Positions 31,593 to 44,983 of a stretch of DNA of 64,000 bases are shown one piece after another (positions within the stretch are counted from its first letter, which is position 1; each line of letters opens with the position of its first letter). Below the pieces are notes generated by a model. It saw only the letters and a list, made by a program, of their open reading frames with translations, made no database searches and had not been told where the DNA came from. The DNA comes from an uncultured Hormoscilla sp. (GTDB lineage: Bacteria > Cyanobacteriota > Cyanobacteriia > Cyanobacteriales > Desertifilaceae), in contig OZ001293.3 of assembly GCA_963921275.4 (NCBI GenBank), positions 5,472,001 to 5,536,000 on the forward strand, written 5' to 3'. Made by a program: the position numbers and the translations under genes.

Positions 31593-32559
31593 AATCTTTC
31601 CTCAAAAGTGAATTGGATGAATTTGAGTTAGAGAGCCTAACGCCCAGAGATTAGCGGTGAGGCTGAGTCTAACGATGGAGTTGAGCCGCGACGAAGCAAG
31701 CTTCGAGGGCTAACTTAACCTCAGTTCGACGGAAGCTAAAACCCAGATTATTCTGTAACAAAACAGAAAATTTGGTTTTTATCAAACTGACTTGGCAATT
31801 AAGACGATTTCTAAACATCATTTCTGACAAACTCAAAACAAACTCAAATCATCTAAATCACCAACATTCAAATTGGCCACGGCATCACCAACACCAATAG
31901 TCTCAAATGCCTAATCAAGGAGGCAAAAAACCGACCGATCGCCCATCCTCATGACATAGGCCGGGCGATAGATATGCCCTGGCAAAGGCGCGAGGACTCG
32001 GGACATCCATCCTCTCGTTGGTCTTCCCAAAGTAGCCATCAACCTTGAGACCTATCGCCGGTCATTAAGCAATCAGAGCCTCATAACAGACCGGCACCGA
32101 ACCAAAGCGTCAGCAATCACTGGCTGTACTAGAAAGATCGCCCCGATAGCGATCGCCCAAAAAAATTCCCCAAACTGCATAAACTCCCCGCGCCCCAGCA
32201 TCGCTTTAAGTCCCACCTAAAGCCCACCGATATCCCACCTATATCCCCTAAAAGGGGTCAGAAGCGCCATTTTTAAACCAGATACTTCAAGAACATACCT
32301 ATACGTAAATAACCGGAAAAGCCTTCCATTAGCACCGGTCATATCGCGTCTCATCAAAATCCGGGGGTAACCCCTTGAGATCAAAAAATGTCATAATCGT
32401 AGGACGGCAAATCTTCAAATTAGTCATGCAGGCAATAGTGCTGATGACTTGTAACAAATGACAGTAAGTCGTCCGATGTTTTTTCGCTTCTTGAGCCCTT
32501 GACGACCTCGGTCCCAGGCTCACGCCCTGCCAGAGTTAACTGGTCTGAAAGTTGTTACC

Positions 32560-33094
32560 ATTGCCAGTATCGCCGTGACTGGCTTGTTGCTGGGGGTGCG
32601 ACAGATGGGTTGGCTACAGCCGTTAGAACTGGCGGCTTTTGACCAAATGGTGCGTCTGGATCCTGAAGAGGAACCCGATCCGCGCCTGCCGATCGTGGAG
32701 ATTACAGAGGGCGGTGGCCTGTGGATTAGCTCTGGGCAAGGCCCTGGAACTGCTTAACCAGAGCTGGTCGGTTCGCAATTTTCCCGAAGTTAAAATGCGG
32801 GTAGGGATTTTTACAGGCCCGATGCTGCTGCGCACCCAGCGCAGCGCTTACGTGGCTGGCAGTTTGGGGGGCAAAGACCGTTTAGAATATGGAGTGATTG
32901 GTGATAGCGTCAATATTGCCTCCCGGCTGGAAAGCTGCCAGAAAGACAGGCAACCAGGTATTTGTCGGGTGCTGATTGCTCGGGAAACGCTAGTTCTTTG
33001 CCAAGATAAGTTTGAGGTAGAGCCTTGGGGTCCGCTGGCCTTGAAGGGAAAAGAGCAAACTGTTGAGGTTTACCGGGTCGTAGGATATCGATAG
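32560..33094 (+). pseudogene. CHASE2-adenylate/guanylate cyclase, middle deleted
   Basis: GWLQPLELAAFDQM..DPRL.IVEITE joined to MRVGIFTGP..VAGSLG..RLEYGVIGDSVNIASRLES. Confidence 0.85.
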
Positions 33095-33189
33095 TCAGCG
33101 GTCAGTAGTCAGCGGTCAGTTAATAACCCACAACTAACAACTGACAACTAACAACTGACAAATTAGATTTCTAGCAAAGGATTAAGATA

Positions 33190-34813
<1,624 letters not shown>

Positions 34814-34883
34814 TCAAGGTGGTAAGATTGTTGATTGTTGATTGTTGATTGTTGATGGCAATTAACAATTAGCAATTGGCAAT

Positions 34884-35204
34884 TCACAAATCATCTTGTT
34901 GCTGACGTTCCCGCAGTTGGAGCAAGATTTCGGCATGGACTTCGCGGGTAATGGGATAAAAATAGGCGAGTACAATTCCCCCTAGCAAACAGATAGCTGG
35001 CAGGACGGCGACCGACAGACGAATGGCAAGCAATGCCGAATCGGGCTGGACTGGGATGGGCTCTCCTGCTACAGTTTCTATATATCCAGACCAATCTAAG
35101 GCTTGCCCTACCAAAAATAATCCAATTGCCAAACCTAATTTTTGCAGCAGTACCATAAAGGCATAGAAAACCCCTTCACGACGCTGACCTGTACGGAGTT
35201 CGTC
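34884..35204 (-). pseudogene. MelB/GPH-type MFS transporter, C-terminal piece
   Basis: DELRTGQRREGVFYAFMVLLQKLGLA..YPITRE. Confidence 0.85.
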
Positions 35205-35206
35205 TA

Positions 35207-36078
35207 GGGCGTGTCATCAGTTAGAGAAAGAAAGGATAGAATAGATAAACCGAAGAGAGAGAAACACAGAGAAAAATGCGTAGATATGCACTTAGAGATG
35301 ACCAGTGGGAAAAAATCAAGGATTTGCTACCTGGGAGAGACGGCCATGTAGGAGGAACGGCCAAAAATAATCGACTGTTTGTTGAAGCAGTGTTGTATCG
35401 ATATAGAGCGGGAATCCCGTGGAGAGACCTACCTGAAAGGTTTGGAGATTTTCGAGTAGTACATACAAGATTTAGCCGATGGAATAAAAGTGGAGTGTGG
35501 GAAAGGATATTCAAGCTGTTGGCGCAAGACGCAGATAACGAGTATGGCATGATTGATTCGACAATCGTGCGAGCGCATCGACACAGTGCTGGGGCGCAAA
35601 AAAAAGAGTCCGGGGAGGACAGAGAGGACAATGAGTGGAGAGAGTAACGCTCAAGCCATTGGTAGAAGTCGAGGAGGATTAAGTACAAAGATTCATGCCA
35701 CTTGTGACGCTCTGGGGAATCCCACAGGCTTCTTTTTGACGGGAGGACAAGCCCACGATCAAGATGGCGCAGATGTCCTCCTTGAAAACCTTGAAGCTGA
35801 GGCAATCCTGGCAGATAAAGCTTATGATGCTGATGAGCGGGTCCGTCAAAAACTCCAAGCTCAAGGTTGCACAGCGGTCATTCCCTCCAAGGTGAATCGC
35901 CAAGTTCCTTATCCTTATGACAAGCACCTCTACAAGGCTCGCCATCTAATTGAAAACTTTTTTGCCAAACTCAAGCAGTATCGCGCTATTGCTACCCGTT
36001 ATGATAAAACAGCCCGTAACTTTTTAGGGGCGATTTATCTGGCTGCTTCTGTCGTCTGGCTTAACTGATGACACGCCC
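35207..36078 (+). mobile_element. IS5 family element with two overlapping transposase ORFs (35276-35647, 35553-36068)
   Basis: TIRs GGGCGTGTCATCAGTTA / TAACTGATGACACGCCC inside CTAG sites; [36 protein letters not shown]. Confidence 0.95.
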
Positions 36079-36902
36079 TAGTTCCTGGGCGATCGTTTCT
36101 AATTCTATTGGCACAGCTGGCAAGGGATTGATCTCGGTAAATTCTGATGCTCCCATCGCCAGCACCGGTGATTTTTTAATCGGGTCATAGTCCGTCTCAA
36201 TCAGGTTGAAAGCGGGGATGCGCGAGATGCTGTACTTTTCCACCAGAAAATGCTCCCCATCATGCAATACTGCCAGTGGTAGCGTGCGCAGACCATCTCC
36301 CAGGCAAAACAGTAGCGTGTCGATGTTTTCAGCTTCCAGTTTGTCGGCGATCGGGGCCACCATCCATTGATATAGTTGCTGGGCTGGTTGCAGGTAGGCG
36401 TTAGTGTTGATCTTTCTGGGATTGGCGACTGCACGGCGCAACCTGTTAACTTCCCGTAGTAGAGCTCGGGGATTAGCGCGTGGGATGTTCCAGGCAGCTG
36501 GTTTGCTGCCAGGGGTGCTTAACATGAGTCTCAGCTGTTCGGGTTGGGGAAATACCCAGATGACTGCTGGCTTTTTGCCGGTCTGGATACCTAGAAGCGA
36601 CAGCTTGACGGCCATCTGGTCGGGGGTCATGGATCTCTCTGCCAGGTTGGTCCCAAGGTAATTCTCGTACTGTCCTTCAAATTTTGGCTCGACTTCTTCT
36701 GCTATACACTTAACAGCAGTTTCCGGACTGAGTCTGATTCTAGATGGGAGTTCCCGGGGGGTGCCGCCCGATATACTCTCTGGGGTAATAGAGTGGGCGA
36801 TCGGGCTCGATAATACCGCCGCCAATGGCAAAGAGGCATATTTGCCTCTTTGCCATCTTCTGGGCTTCGCTGGAAAAGCTTTTACCTTCCGAACATCTGC
36901 TA
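36079..36902 (-). pseudogene. Internal fragment of a CHAT-domain protein
   Basis: YLQPAQQLYQW..LRTLPLAVLHDGEHFLVEKYS..LAMGASEF..LPAVPIEL. Confidence 0.8.
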
Positions 36903-37150
36903 GGGTGTGTCATCAATCAAATTGCTTGACAGAAGTAGATGGATACGGTATGGAGTCCTTATCCAGCAATAACAATCAAGAGGGCATGATATGAGACGCT
37001 ATGGCTTGCGAGACGACCAGTGGGAACGGATCGAACACCTTTTACCTGGTAAAGAGGGTGACCCAGGCGCTACAGCCAAGAACAATAGATTATTCGTGTT
37101 CTGCCGTGTTATATCGATATCGTGCTGGCATTCCCTGGCGGGATTTACCG
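36903..37150 (+). mobile_element. Truncated second IS5-family element
   Basis: cTA-GGGTGTGTCATCA left end; [32 protein letters not shown], then cut off. Confidence 0.85.
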
Positions 37151-37970
37151 GCCACAAAATATTTCATCACACTTCCTATTACCTGTACTGCCAACCAGGA
37201 ACACAGGTAAATTCCAATCACAAAGAGGAAGGTCGATTGCTGAAAGCGACGCGCAGTTGTTCTGGCAAGGATAGGGAAGCCTCTGAGTCTTCTGGATCCT
37301 CAACTCTAAGCCTTTGTACAGCGGCAACTCGCTTTCGCGTTCCCCAGACACAGAGATACAGGGGTAGGACAGAAATAACAGTACAGACGATTCCTAAGAC
37401 TAAATACCGTTGCCCAGCATCTTGGACTTGGGAGAAAATGAATGTAGCCAGAAGTAAGGAGAGGATGCTGCCGCCGATGGAGAAGGCAAACCGAAAGCTA
37501 TTCAGGTTGGTGCGTTCGTTGTAGTCTTTGGTTAGTTCTGGGGTGAGGGCGGTATAGGGTAAGTTGACGACAGTGTAGGCGATGTTGAATAATATCCCAA
37601 TGGCGACATAGTAGCAAAATAGCCCCCATTCGCTGAAGCCCGGTACTATCCATTGTAAGAAGAAGATAATCCCAAAGGGAATGCCGCCAAAAACGATCCA
37701 GGGATACCTACGTCCCCAGGGATGACGGGTGCGATCGCTGAGAAATCCAACTACTGGGTCATTCAGGGCATCTGCGATCTTACCTACCATCAGAATGCTG
37801 CCTGCTAACCCGGCGCTAATCCCAGCGACATCGGTGAAGAAAGGCAACAGGAAAAATACTAGGACATTGGCAGTGATGGCTGGTCCCATGTCACCAGCGC
37901 CATAGGCTAGTTTGGTGAGGAAGCTGAGTTTTTCGCTTTCCGGCGATATTTGAGATAGGTCAGTGGTCAT
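37148..37970 (-). pseudogene. MelB/GPH-type MFS transporter, N-terminal piece
   Basis: KLAYGAGD, DALNDP..SDRT..WGRR.PW, PYTALTPELT; frameshifted continuation [14 protein letters not shown]. Confidence 0.88.
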
Positions 37971-38697
37971 TTGTCAGTTGGTAGGGTGGGCATTGCCAGC
38001 CCTTTCAACGTTAACTTTAAAACTCTAGCTAGTCCCTTATCATTTGTGTCAACTAAAGGGAGGTCATCTAGCGGCTGAAATTCTTGTCTGGTAATGCTTT
38101 CAGCCTCAAAAATTAGTGGCGCTACTTGGCAGCGACTATCATGTATGCGTCTACGCCATTCCCGGTGATGCGAATGCACTACGCGCACGCTGCGCGATCG
38201 CACCTTTTTCTCTAGATTGTGAAGCCCAAATCAAAGAATCCAACCATCAGATGGGTGGTCTTTCTAATGATTATCATGTTTCCAACCCAAGTCAATAGAC
38301 GTGGCTCAGCCTCGTGCTAAACAAGGGCAATAAGGAGTGGACCTTTCAACGCTAATAAAAATTCAGAGAGCCCCAAAAGCCATGGCTGCGCCACGCTGCG
38401 CGATCGGTTATGTCCGTTAACTCTGCTCTCCCGAAGAGTGCAACATGGCGGCTAAGGCGATCGCGCCGGCAGGATATAGAGCACTAATACTGAAAGGCGA
38501 TGTACAATAACTCAGGATAAACACGTATATGCTTCCATGATCGATGCATCGTCGCTCGGTTCTTGAGCAGCAATTACACGAGAGGTTACTATTCAAATAC
38601 TATTCAAACGCTCATCAGATTTCGCCAAATATTTTTGGGGTAGGGTATTGAGGAATCATCCAAGCACCTATAACTGACATGCTGCCGTACTTTCGTA

Positions 38698-38769
38698 AGC
38701 GGACGATCGGACTCGAACCGACGACGTTCAGCTTGGGAAGCTGACATTCTACCACTGAATTACGCCCGC
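38698..38769 (-). tRNA. tRNA-Gly (CCC)
   Basis: GCGGGCG acceptor stem, anticodon arm TCAGC-TTCCCAA-GCTGA, GGTTCGAGT T-loop; no encoded CCA. Confidence 0.96.
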
Positions 38770-38797
38770 ATTGTTGGTAGTAAGCACTTTAGTGCTT

Positions 38798-38980
38798 CAA
38801 GGAGCACCTGACTACCAAGGCACTCTATCTATTCTATACAACTATTTCCCCACTGTCAACCTATTTGATCCAGATTCTGATTTTAGCAAGGAGCACCTGA
38901 CTACCAAGGCACTCTACCTATTCTATACAACTATTTTCCAACTGTCAACCTATTATTTGCTCCAGATTCTGATTTTAGCA
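38798..38980. repeat. ~90-bp tandem duplication covering the RND gene 3' end
   Basis: CAAGGAGCACCTGACTACC..GATTTTAGCA twice. Confidence 0.85.
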
Positions 38981-41900
38981 TGGGACGCTTGCGGTTCCCA
39001 CCTCTGAACAACCTGAGCAACCAGCGCTGAAAACTATCCACGTAGGTGAATAAGGTGGGCACCACCACCAGGGTCAACATGGTGGATGTCGCGATGCCGC
39101 CAATAACAGAGATCGCCATGGGACTGCGGATATGACCGCCGGCCCCTAGTTCCAGGGCGATCGGGGTCATGCCAGCGATCGTGGAGAAGGTGGTCATCAG
39201 AATTGGTCGCAGGCGATCGACACCAGCATCTTTAATTGCCTGGCGCTGACGCAGACCTTCTCTCATATTCGCCAAAGAACAGTCTAGCAGCAAGATCGCG
39301 TTTTTCGTCACCAATCCCATCAACAGCACGATCCCGATCACCGCAAACAACCCCAACTCCTTCTGGGTAATCATCAGGGCCAGCAACGCCCCGCCCAGGG
39401 ACAGGGGCAAAGCCGCCATAATGGTGAAGGGATAGATAAAGTTATTGTACAGCAAGACCAGGATGGCATAAATTGACAGCACTCCCAACCCCAGAGCGGA
39501 ACCAAGGCGAGTGAAAATATCCCTCATAATCCTGGCATCCCCAGAGGGTTCTTGCTCTACTTCTTCTGGGGGTATATTTTTTTCCAGCCAGACATTCACC
39601 TGGTCTAAAGCTTGTCCTAGAGAAATACCTTGCAAGTTTCCTTCCACCGATACCTTACGTGCCCGATCGAACCTTTCGATTTCCGCTGGTCCGCTGCCAA
39701 GACTGACATCAGCGACGGCTAGCAATGGGACTACTCCACCATTTTGACTGGGAACCCGAATATTTTTTAAGGTTTCCAGGTCATTGCGAAAGCGTTCTGC
39801 TAGCTGGACGCGAATAGGAATTTGTCGATCGGACAGATCGAACTTCGCCAGAGAAGAATCATTATCCCCAATGGTAGCCAGAGAAGCAGTACGGGCGATC
39901 GCCTGCACGGAAACCCCCAGATCTGCCGCCCGGGCCGGGTCTGGTGCAATCAAGATTTCCGGCTTCACCAAAGAAGCACTAGAAGTTACCTCCACTAAAC
40001 CAGAAATTGAGCGCATGTGGCGTTCTAAAGCATCAGCTGTCTGGCGAAGGAGTTGGGGATTTTCACTTTTGAGCACGATCTGCAAGTCCTTATCCGTCCC
40101 AGCAGCACCCTGGGCCTGAAAGGCGATCCGCGCCCCCGGAATTTCACCAAACCCCGGTCGCATCTGCTGTTCGAACTGCTTCTGGGATATTTCCCGTTCT
40201 TCCCTGGGTGTCAGGTTGACATAGACGATCGCCTCATTTATCTTTTCTCCCCCAGCAATCGCCAGTATATTTTCTACTACTGGGTGCTGCTGTAAGAGAG
40301 AAGTCGTCTGTTGCATCACCCGATCGGTATTGTTCAGAGTAGCCCCCGGAGGCAATTCTATCGATACTGTACTCAAACCCCGATCGTAGCCACTGAATAA
40401 CCCCTTGGGAATTAGAGGCACCAATTGCAAACTACCGATAAAGAACGCAACAGCCAACAGTAGAGTAGCGCTCCGATGCCGTAGGGCCCAACTCAACAAA
40501 CTGAGATAGGGTTGTCTCTTACCCTGTTTGCCATTTTTTATCTGTAAAGATTCTACCTTGCCTTTGAGCAAATAGGCTGCTAACATGGGCGTCAGCGTCG
40601 TGGCTACCAGAGTCGAAAACATCGTCGATATCGCCACAGTCAGCCCAAAGGGTTGAAAATATTGACCCGGGATACCGCACATAAATGCCACGGGAACAAA
40701 CACTGCCACAATTGTCCCTGTAGTTGCCAATACAGCCAAACCAATTTCCGCCGACGCATCCAGCGCCGCCTGAAAAGGCTTCTTCCCCCTCCCCAGATGT
40801 TGAGCTATATTCTCAATCATGCAAATGGCATCATCCACCAAGTTTCCCATTGCCAGGGCTAAAGCAAGTAGGGTCATGCTATTGAGAGTGTAACCCAACA
40901 TTCTCATCACCATAAAGGTAGGGACGATCGACAGGGGTAAGGCCAAGGCCGTTATCAAAGTGGCTCGCCAATCTCGCAAAAATAATCCTACCGTAATTAC
41001 CGTCAATATCGACCCAATTACCAAAGCATCTATCGAAGCCTGATACGATTCCCTAATATCATCACCTCTGGTAAAAATTAGATTCATGGAGATGTCTGAA
41101 GGTAAAGTTCTTTCTAATTCCTTTACCGCTGCACGCACCCCTTCTTCTACAGTTACCAGAGTGCTGCCCGTACTGCGCAGCACTGAGAAACCAACAACTG
41201 TTTCTTGTTGAACTTTAGCGTCATCTTTAATCGTGAAACGCGCTCGCTGACGGGGTTCGGCGGAGCTATCTGTTACTTCTCCCAAACTGCTCAGGACTGC
41301 GTCACCCCCATTGGGAAGCACTATGCGATAGTTACGCAAAGCTTCTACAGTTTTTGCACTTCCCAGAGTGCGAATACTTTTTTCCGTTCCCGATAGTTCC
41401 GATCGCCCTCCTGGCAAGTTGATATTAAACGCTCGGATCTGATCGTTGATTTCTGTGGCAGTTATTCCCAAGGCTTCCAGGCGTTGGGGGTTAAGGTCTA
41501 CTCTAATTTCTCGATCTACCCCACCGATGCGATTAATTTGGGATACCCCTGGAACCCTAAGCAGGTAACGACTAATTCTTTTGTCCACTAAATCACTTAA
41601 TTCTTCAACTGACCTTTGAGGAGAACTTACCACGTAACCCATAATTGCGCCCCCGATAAATTCCACTCGTTGGACCACCGGTTCTTCTACATCTGAGGGC
41701 AAGTCTTGGCGAATTTGAGCGATCGCATTGCGCACGTCATTTGTCGCCCGATCGCTATCTGTTCCCAGAACGAAGTCGATCCTCGTCGTGGAAACACCGT
41801 CTTTAACAGTAGATCTGAGTTCTTCAATATTTCCCAAACTCGCCACCGCATCTTCTACTTTTTTCGTTACCTGTGTTTCCAGCTCCACGGGGCCCGCACC

Positions 41901-42062
41901 TTGCTGAGTTACTGTGACGGATACGATCGGTACGTCTATATTGGGATATTCGTCAATTCCCAACGTCATAAATGACATGAATCCCACAGTTGCTAAAGTC
42001 ATGAACAGCACCAATGTGGGTATTGGTTTGCGTATTGACCTGGCTGATATATTAAATGTCAT
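38931..42062 (-). CDS. RND efflux permease (AcrB family)
   Basis: VDDAI..EN, GLVTKNAILL, RLRPILMTT; 1043 aa. Confidence 0.97.
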   Translation of the reverse strand: MTFNISARSIRKPIPTLVLFMTLATVGFMSFMTLGIDEYPNIDVPIVSVTVTQQGAGPVELETQVTKKVEDAVASLGNIEELRSTVKDGVSTTRIDFVLGTDSDRATNDVRNAIAQIRQDLPSDVEEPVVQRVEFIGGAIMGYVVSSPQRSVEELSDLVDKRISRYLLRVPGVSQINRIGGVDREIRVDLNPQRLEALGITATEINDQIRAFNINLPGGRSELSGTEKSIRTLGSAKTVEALRNYRIVLPNGGDAVLSSLGEVTDSSAEPRQRARFTIKDDAKVQQETVVGFSVLRSTGSTLVTVEEGVRAAVKELERTLPSDISMNLIFTRGDDIRESYQASIDALVIGSILTVITVGLFLRDWRATLITALALPLSIVPTFMVMRMLGYTLNSMTLLALALAMGNLVDDAICMIENIAQHLGRGKKPFQAALDASAEIGLAVLATTGTIVAVFVPVAFMCGIPGQYFQPFGLTVAISTMFSTLVATTLTPMLAAYLLKGKVESLQIKNGKQGKRQPYLSLLSWALRHRSATLLLAVAFFIGSLQLVPLIPKGLFSGYDRGLSTVSIELPPGATLNNTDRVMQQTTSLLQQHPVVENILAIAGGEKINEAIVYVNLTPREEREISQKQFEQQMRPGFGEIPGARIAFQAQGAAGTDKDLQIVLKSENPQLLRQTADALERHMRSISGLVEVTSSASLVKPEILIAPDPARAADLGVSVQAIARTASLATIGDNDSSLAKFDLSDRQIPIRVQLAERFRNDLETLKNIRVPSQNGGVVPLLAVADVSLGSGPAEIERFDRARKVSVEGNLQGISLGQALDQVNVWLEKNIPPEEVEQEPSGDARIMRDIFTRLGSALGLGVLSIYAILVLLYNNFIYPFTIMAALPLSLGGALLALMITQKELGLFAVIGIVLLMGLVTKNAILLLDCSLANMREGLRQRQAIKDAGVDRLRPILMTTFSTIAGMTPIALELGAGGHIRSPMAISVIGGIATSTMLTLVVVPTLFTYVDSFQRWLLRLFRGGNRKRPMLKSESGANNRLTVGK

Positions 42063-42140
42063 GGCTATTGCTAATTGCTTATTTTACTTGCTTAATTGTT
42101 CGTTTATGGCTATAGGGACAATTAAGCAATTATACCGGGG

Positions 42141-43691
42141 TTATTTGCTTTGATTGATGGTGGCTTCCGGGACGACTTTTACTCGATCGCCTTCTTTGAC
42201 AAATCCTGCGCCAGCCACAATTACTCGATCGCCCTTTTTCAGTCCCTGCTTAATTTCAATTCTGCTCTTTTGGCCGCCGGTGCTATTACCTACTTCTACT
42301 GGTCGCGCCCGAGCTATGTTATCGCCTTCCAACAGATAGATGATCGCCCCTCCGTCGGCTTGCCACTGCACCGCTTCATAGGGAACGGTCAAACTCTCAA
42401 CGGTTTGGGAGGTAATGGCCGCTTGTAAAAACATCCCTGGCCGCAGTAATGGATCTGAGGGCAGGTCGATTTTCAGCGTTGCTTGACGAGTTGTGGCATC
42501 TACCAGAGGAGCTATGCTGCGGACAATTCCGCTTGGCAGTGTTATCCGCGCGTCGGCGTCGGATGTAATTTCTACGGGCATTCCTACTTGCACCCTCGAT
42601 AGCTGAGTTTCTGGTATCTGCACCTGAAGTTCCAAAGCATTATCAGCAATGATCGAAAACAGTTTTTGACTGCCATTAGTGACATCTCCCCGCCGAGCAA
42701 TTCTTTCGGCTACAATGCCACGCGCCGGAGCCCTTACTTCTGTTTGTGCCAGCTGAGTTCGCAACTGTTGCACGGAAGCCTGGGCGCTGCGCACGTTAGC
42801 CTCCGCACTACTTACCGCTGCTTTGGCACTTCTGAGTCGGGCTTTGGCGCTGCCGACGTTAGCTTGAGCACTTTGAATTTTTGCTTGGGCGCTGCTGATC
42901 TTGGCCCGAGCAACTCGCACGGCCTCAGCAGCACTGCTAGCTGTAGTGCGGCGAATTTCTAACTCTTGCAGACTAATAGCCCCATCAGTTTCCAACTTTT
43001 CATATCTTGCTAGTTCTCTGTCCGCTTGGGCCAGATTTACCCGCGCTTGAGCCAAAGACGCGATCTCCTGTTCCTTTTCCGCTTCCTCCTCAGCTAGAGC
43101 CGATAGAGCTTGGGCCACAGACGCTTCTGCTTGGGTGACGGCAGCTTGTCTTTCTAGTAAAGTAGCCTTTGCCGACTCCAAAGCAGCGATCTCTTGGCTT
43201 TGTTGGGCCTGCAATACATCATCATCCAGAACCGCCATTACTTGTCCCGCCACCACCACGTCCCCTTCATCCACCAAAACTCGTTCGATCTGCAAGCCAT
43301 TAGCCTGGGGCAACAGTGGCAGTAAGTCATAAGCCGCCACTGTGCCAGTAGCGCTGATGGTGCGGGCGATCGCTCCTGTCTCTACTGGTGCTGTGGTAAC
43401 CGTTTGGTTGAGTGCTATCGTTATAGCCGCTGGCTGCGCTGCCGAACTCTCGGGACTGGCTGGAGGAGGAGTCCTGCCAGCAAATATACCAATTGCCAGA
43501 CCAATTGCCAACCCGATCGCAATTTTCCCTATCCCTCCCTTACCACCGCTGGAGGTTTTCCGGTCCTCCTTATCTAGATCTACATTTTCCCAAGTCTCGC
43601 CCTGTTCCGACCGTGGCGTGACGGCTGTTGGAGCTTCTGAGTATGCTTGTCCTGTCACTGCTGTCTCCCTCTTGGTATTCCAGCCAAGCAT
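42141..43691 (-). CDS. RND membrane fusion protein
   Basis: Lipoyl-like VDEGDVV..GQ, long coiled coil, APARG, LRPGMF. Confidence 0.92.
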   Translation of the reverse strand: MLGWNTKRETAVTGQAYSEAPTAVTPRSEQGETWENVDLDKEDRKTSSGGKGGIGKIAIGLAIGLAIGIFAGRTPPPASPESSAAQPAAITIALNQTVTTAPVETGAIARTISATGTVAAYDLLPLLPQANGLQIERVLVDEGDVVVAGQVMAVLDDDVLQAQQSQEIAALESAKATLLERQAAVTQAEASVAQALSALAEEEAEKEQEIASLAQARVNLAQADRELARYEKLETDGAISLQELEIRRTTASSAAEAVRVARAKISSAQAKIQSAQANVGSAKARLRSAKAAVSSAEANVRSAQASVQQLRTQLAQTEVRAPARGIVAERIARRGDVTNGSQKLFSIIADNALELQVQIPETQLSRVQVGMPVEITSDADARITLPSGIVRSIAPLVDATTRQATLKIDLPSDPLLRPGMFLQAAITSQTVESLTVPYEAVQWQADGGAIIYLLEGDNIARARPVEVGNSTGGQKSRIEIKQGLKKGDRVIVAGAGFVKEGDRVKVVPEATINQSK

Positions 43692-44102
43692 CGTTGGCTG
43701 TCTTTGTTTATAAAACTTAATAATTCTTTTTTTATTATGACGCAACTCAAACAGTCTTGACTAGATTCTGGGCGATCTCATAGGAATCGTCTCAATACAG
43801 GCATTTATATTTGCCAATAGTACGAGGCTAATTGCAAATGACTAATGGCCGAGCCATTTTCAATTAGCCATTCTCAATTAGCAATTTTCAATTTTCAATT
43901 GTTCGAGCAAGCAAATCCCAGATGCAGCCGTAAATATTTCACTATAGCCATGGAAACCTTATGTATAATCACGTATTATAAGTATAATTACTTAAGAGGA
44001 TAGATCGAGCACAATTGACTCAGAAATGTATATACTAATAAAAATAAGAATCACGCCAAGAAGCTCTGGAGAAGGCAACAGCGTAAAAGCGAGTAAATAA
44101 AG

Positions 44103-44974
44103 ATGTTTAACGCCACCAAAATCCTAATCAACAACTTTGTCAAAAATATCCGGGAAGGCTACAGCCGTACCGACGGGGGGTGGAAAGCTGACTACGCAGA
44201 CATCATCGGCTGGGCGGGGAGTATGGCCCTGGAAAACATCGCCAACAGCGACGCCCTCTATCACAATGTCGCATAGCCATCTTAGTGGGCTTAGTAGGGC
44301 AAGAGATTTTACGAGGCAAGCATATCCGCGAGGGTGGTGTATCCTGTGAAGACTGGTTGCGCTATGTCATCTCTCTGGTCTGCCATGATATTGGCTATGT
44401 GAAAGGGGTATGTCGCCAAGATGGCAATGGATTATATGCCACAGGCCAAGACGGGGCAATGGTTTCTTTGCCCCCAGGTGCTTCTGATGCTAGCTTAACT
44501 CCTTACCATGTGGACAGGGCCAAATTGTTCATAGATGAGCGGTTTGGCGGTCACAAGCTAATTGATGCTGAGGTGATTAAGCACAATATAGAATTGACTC
44601 GCTTCCCGGTGCCCAAGGCAGAAGACCATCAAGATACTGTCTACTATCCAGGTCTAGTACGGGCTGCGGATTTGATCGGTCAGCTGTCTGACCCCCGATA
44701 CTTGAATAAGATTACGTCTTTGTTCTACGAGTTTGAAGAAACGGGCACGAACAAGGCCCTAGGCTATCGACATCCCGGAGACCTGCGCAAGAACTATTCC
44801 AAGTTCTACTGGAATGGAGTTTATCCCTACGTGAAAGATGCTCTCCATTACCTGTCCCTGACCCAGGAAGGGAAACAAATTGTGGCTAATCTCTACTGTA
44901 ATGTGTTTGTGGTGGAACACGAACAGGTAGCTGAGAACTCGGACAAGCTGAGACTGGCTGAAGCTGCGGCTTAG
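44103..44974 (+). pseudogene. Cyanobacterial HD-domain phosphohydrolase, frameshift near 44270
   Basis: ALENIANSDALYHNV, then CHDIGY, YHVDR, RAADLIGQL in another frame. Confidence 0.8.
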
Positions 44975-44983
44975 GAGTAGACT

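Noticed and set aside
31600..32520. Possible gene or mobile element in this stretch
   Set aside because: Only short stop-ridden frames; no family or terminal repeats I can recognise
38698..38769. tRNA-Gly as integration site of an island
   Set aside because: No duplicated tRNA 3' end or integrase found in the window
38798..38980. DGR template/variable repeat pair
   Set aside because: Adjacent duplication with an indel and mixed substitutions; no RT nearby
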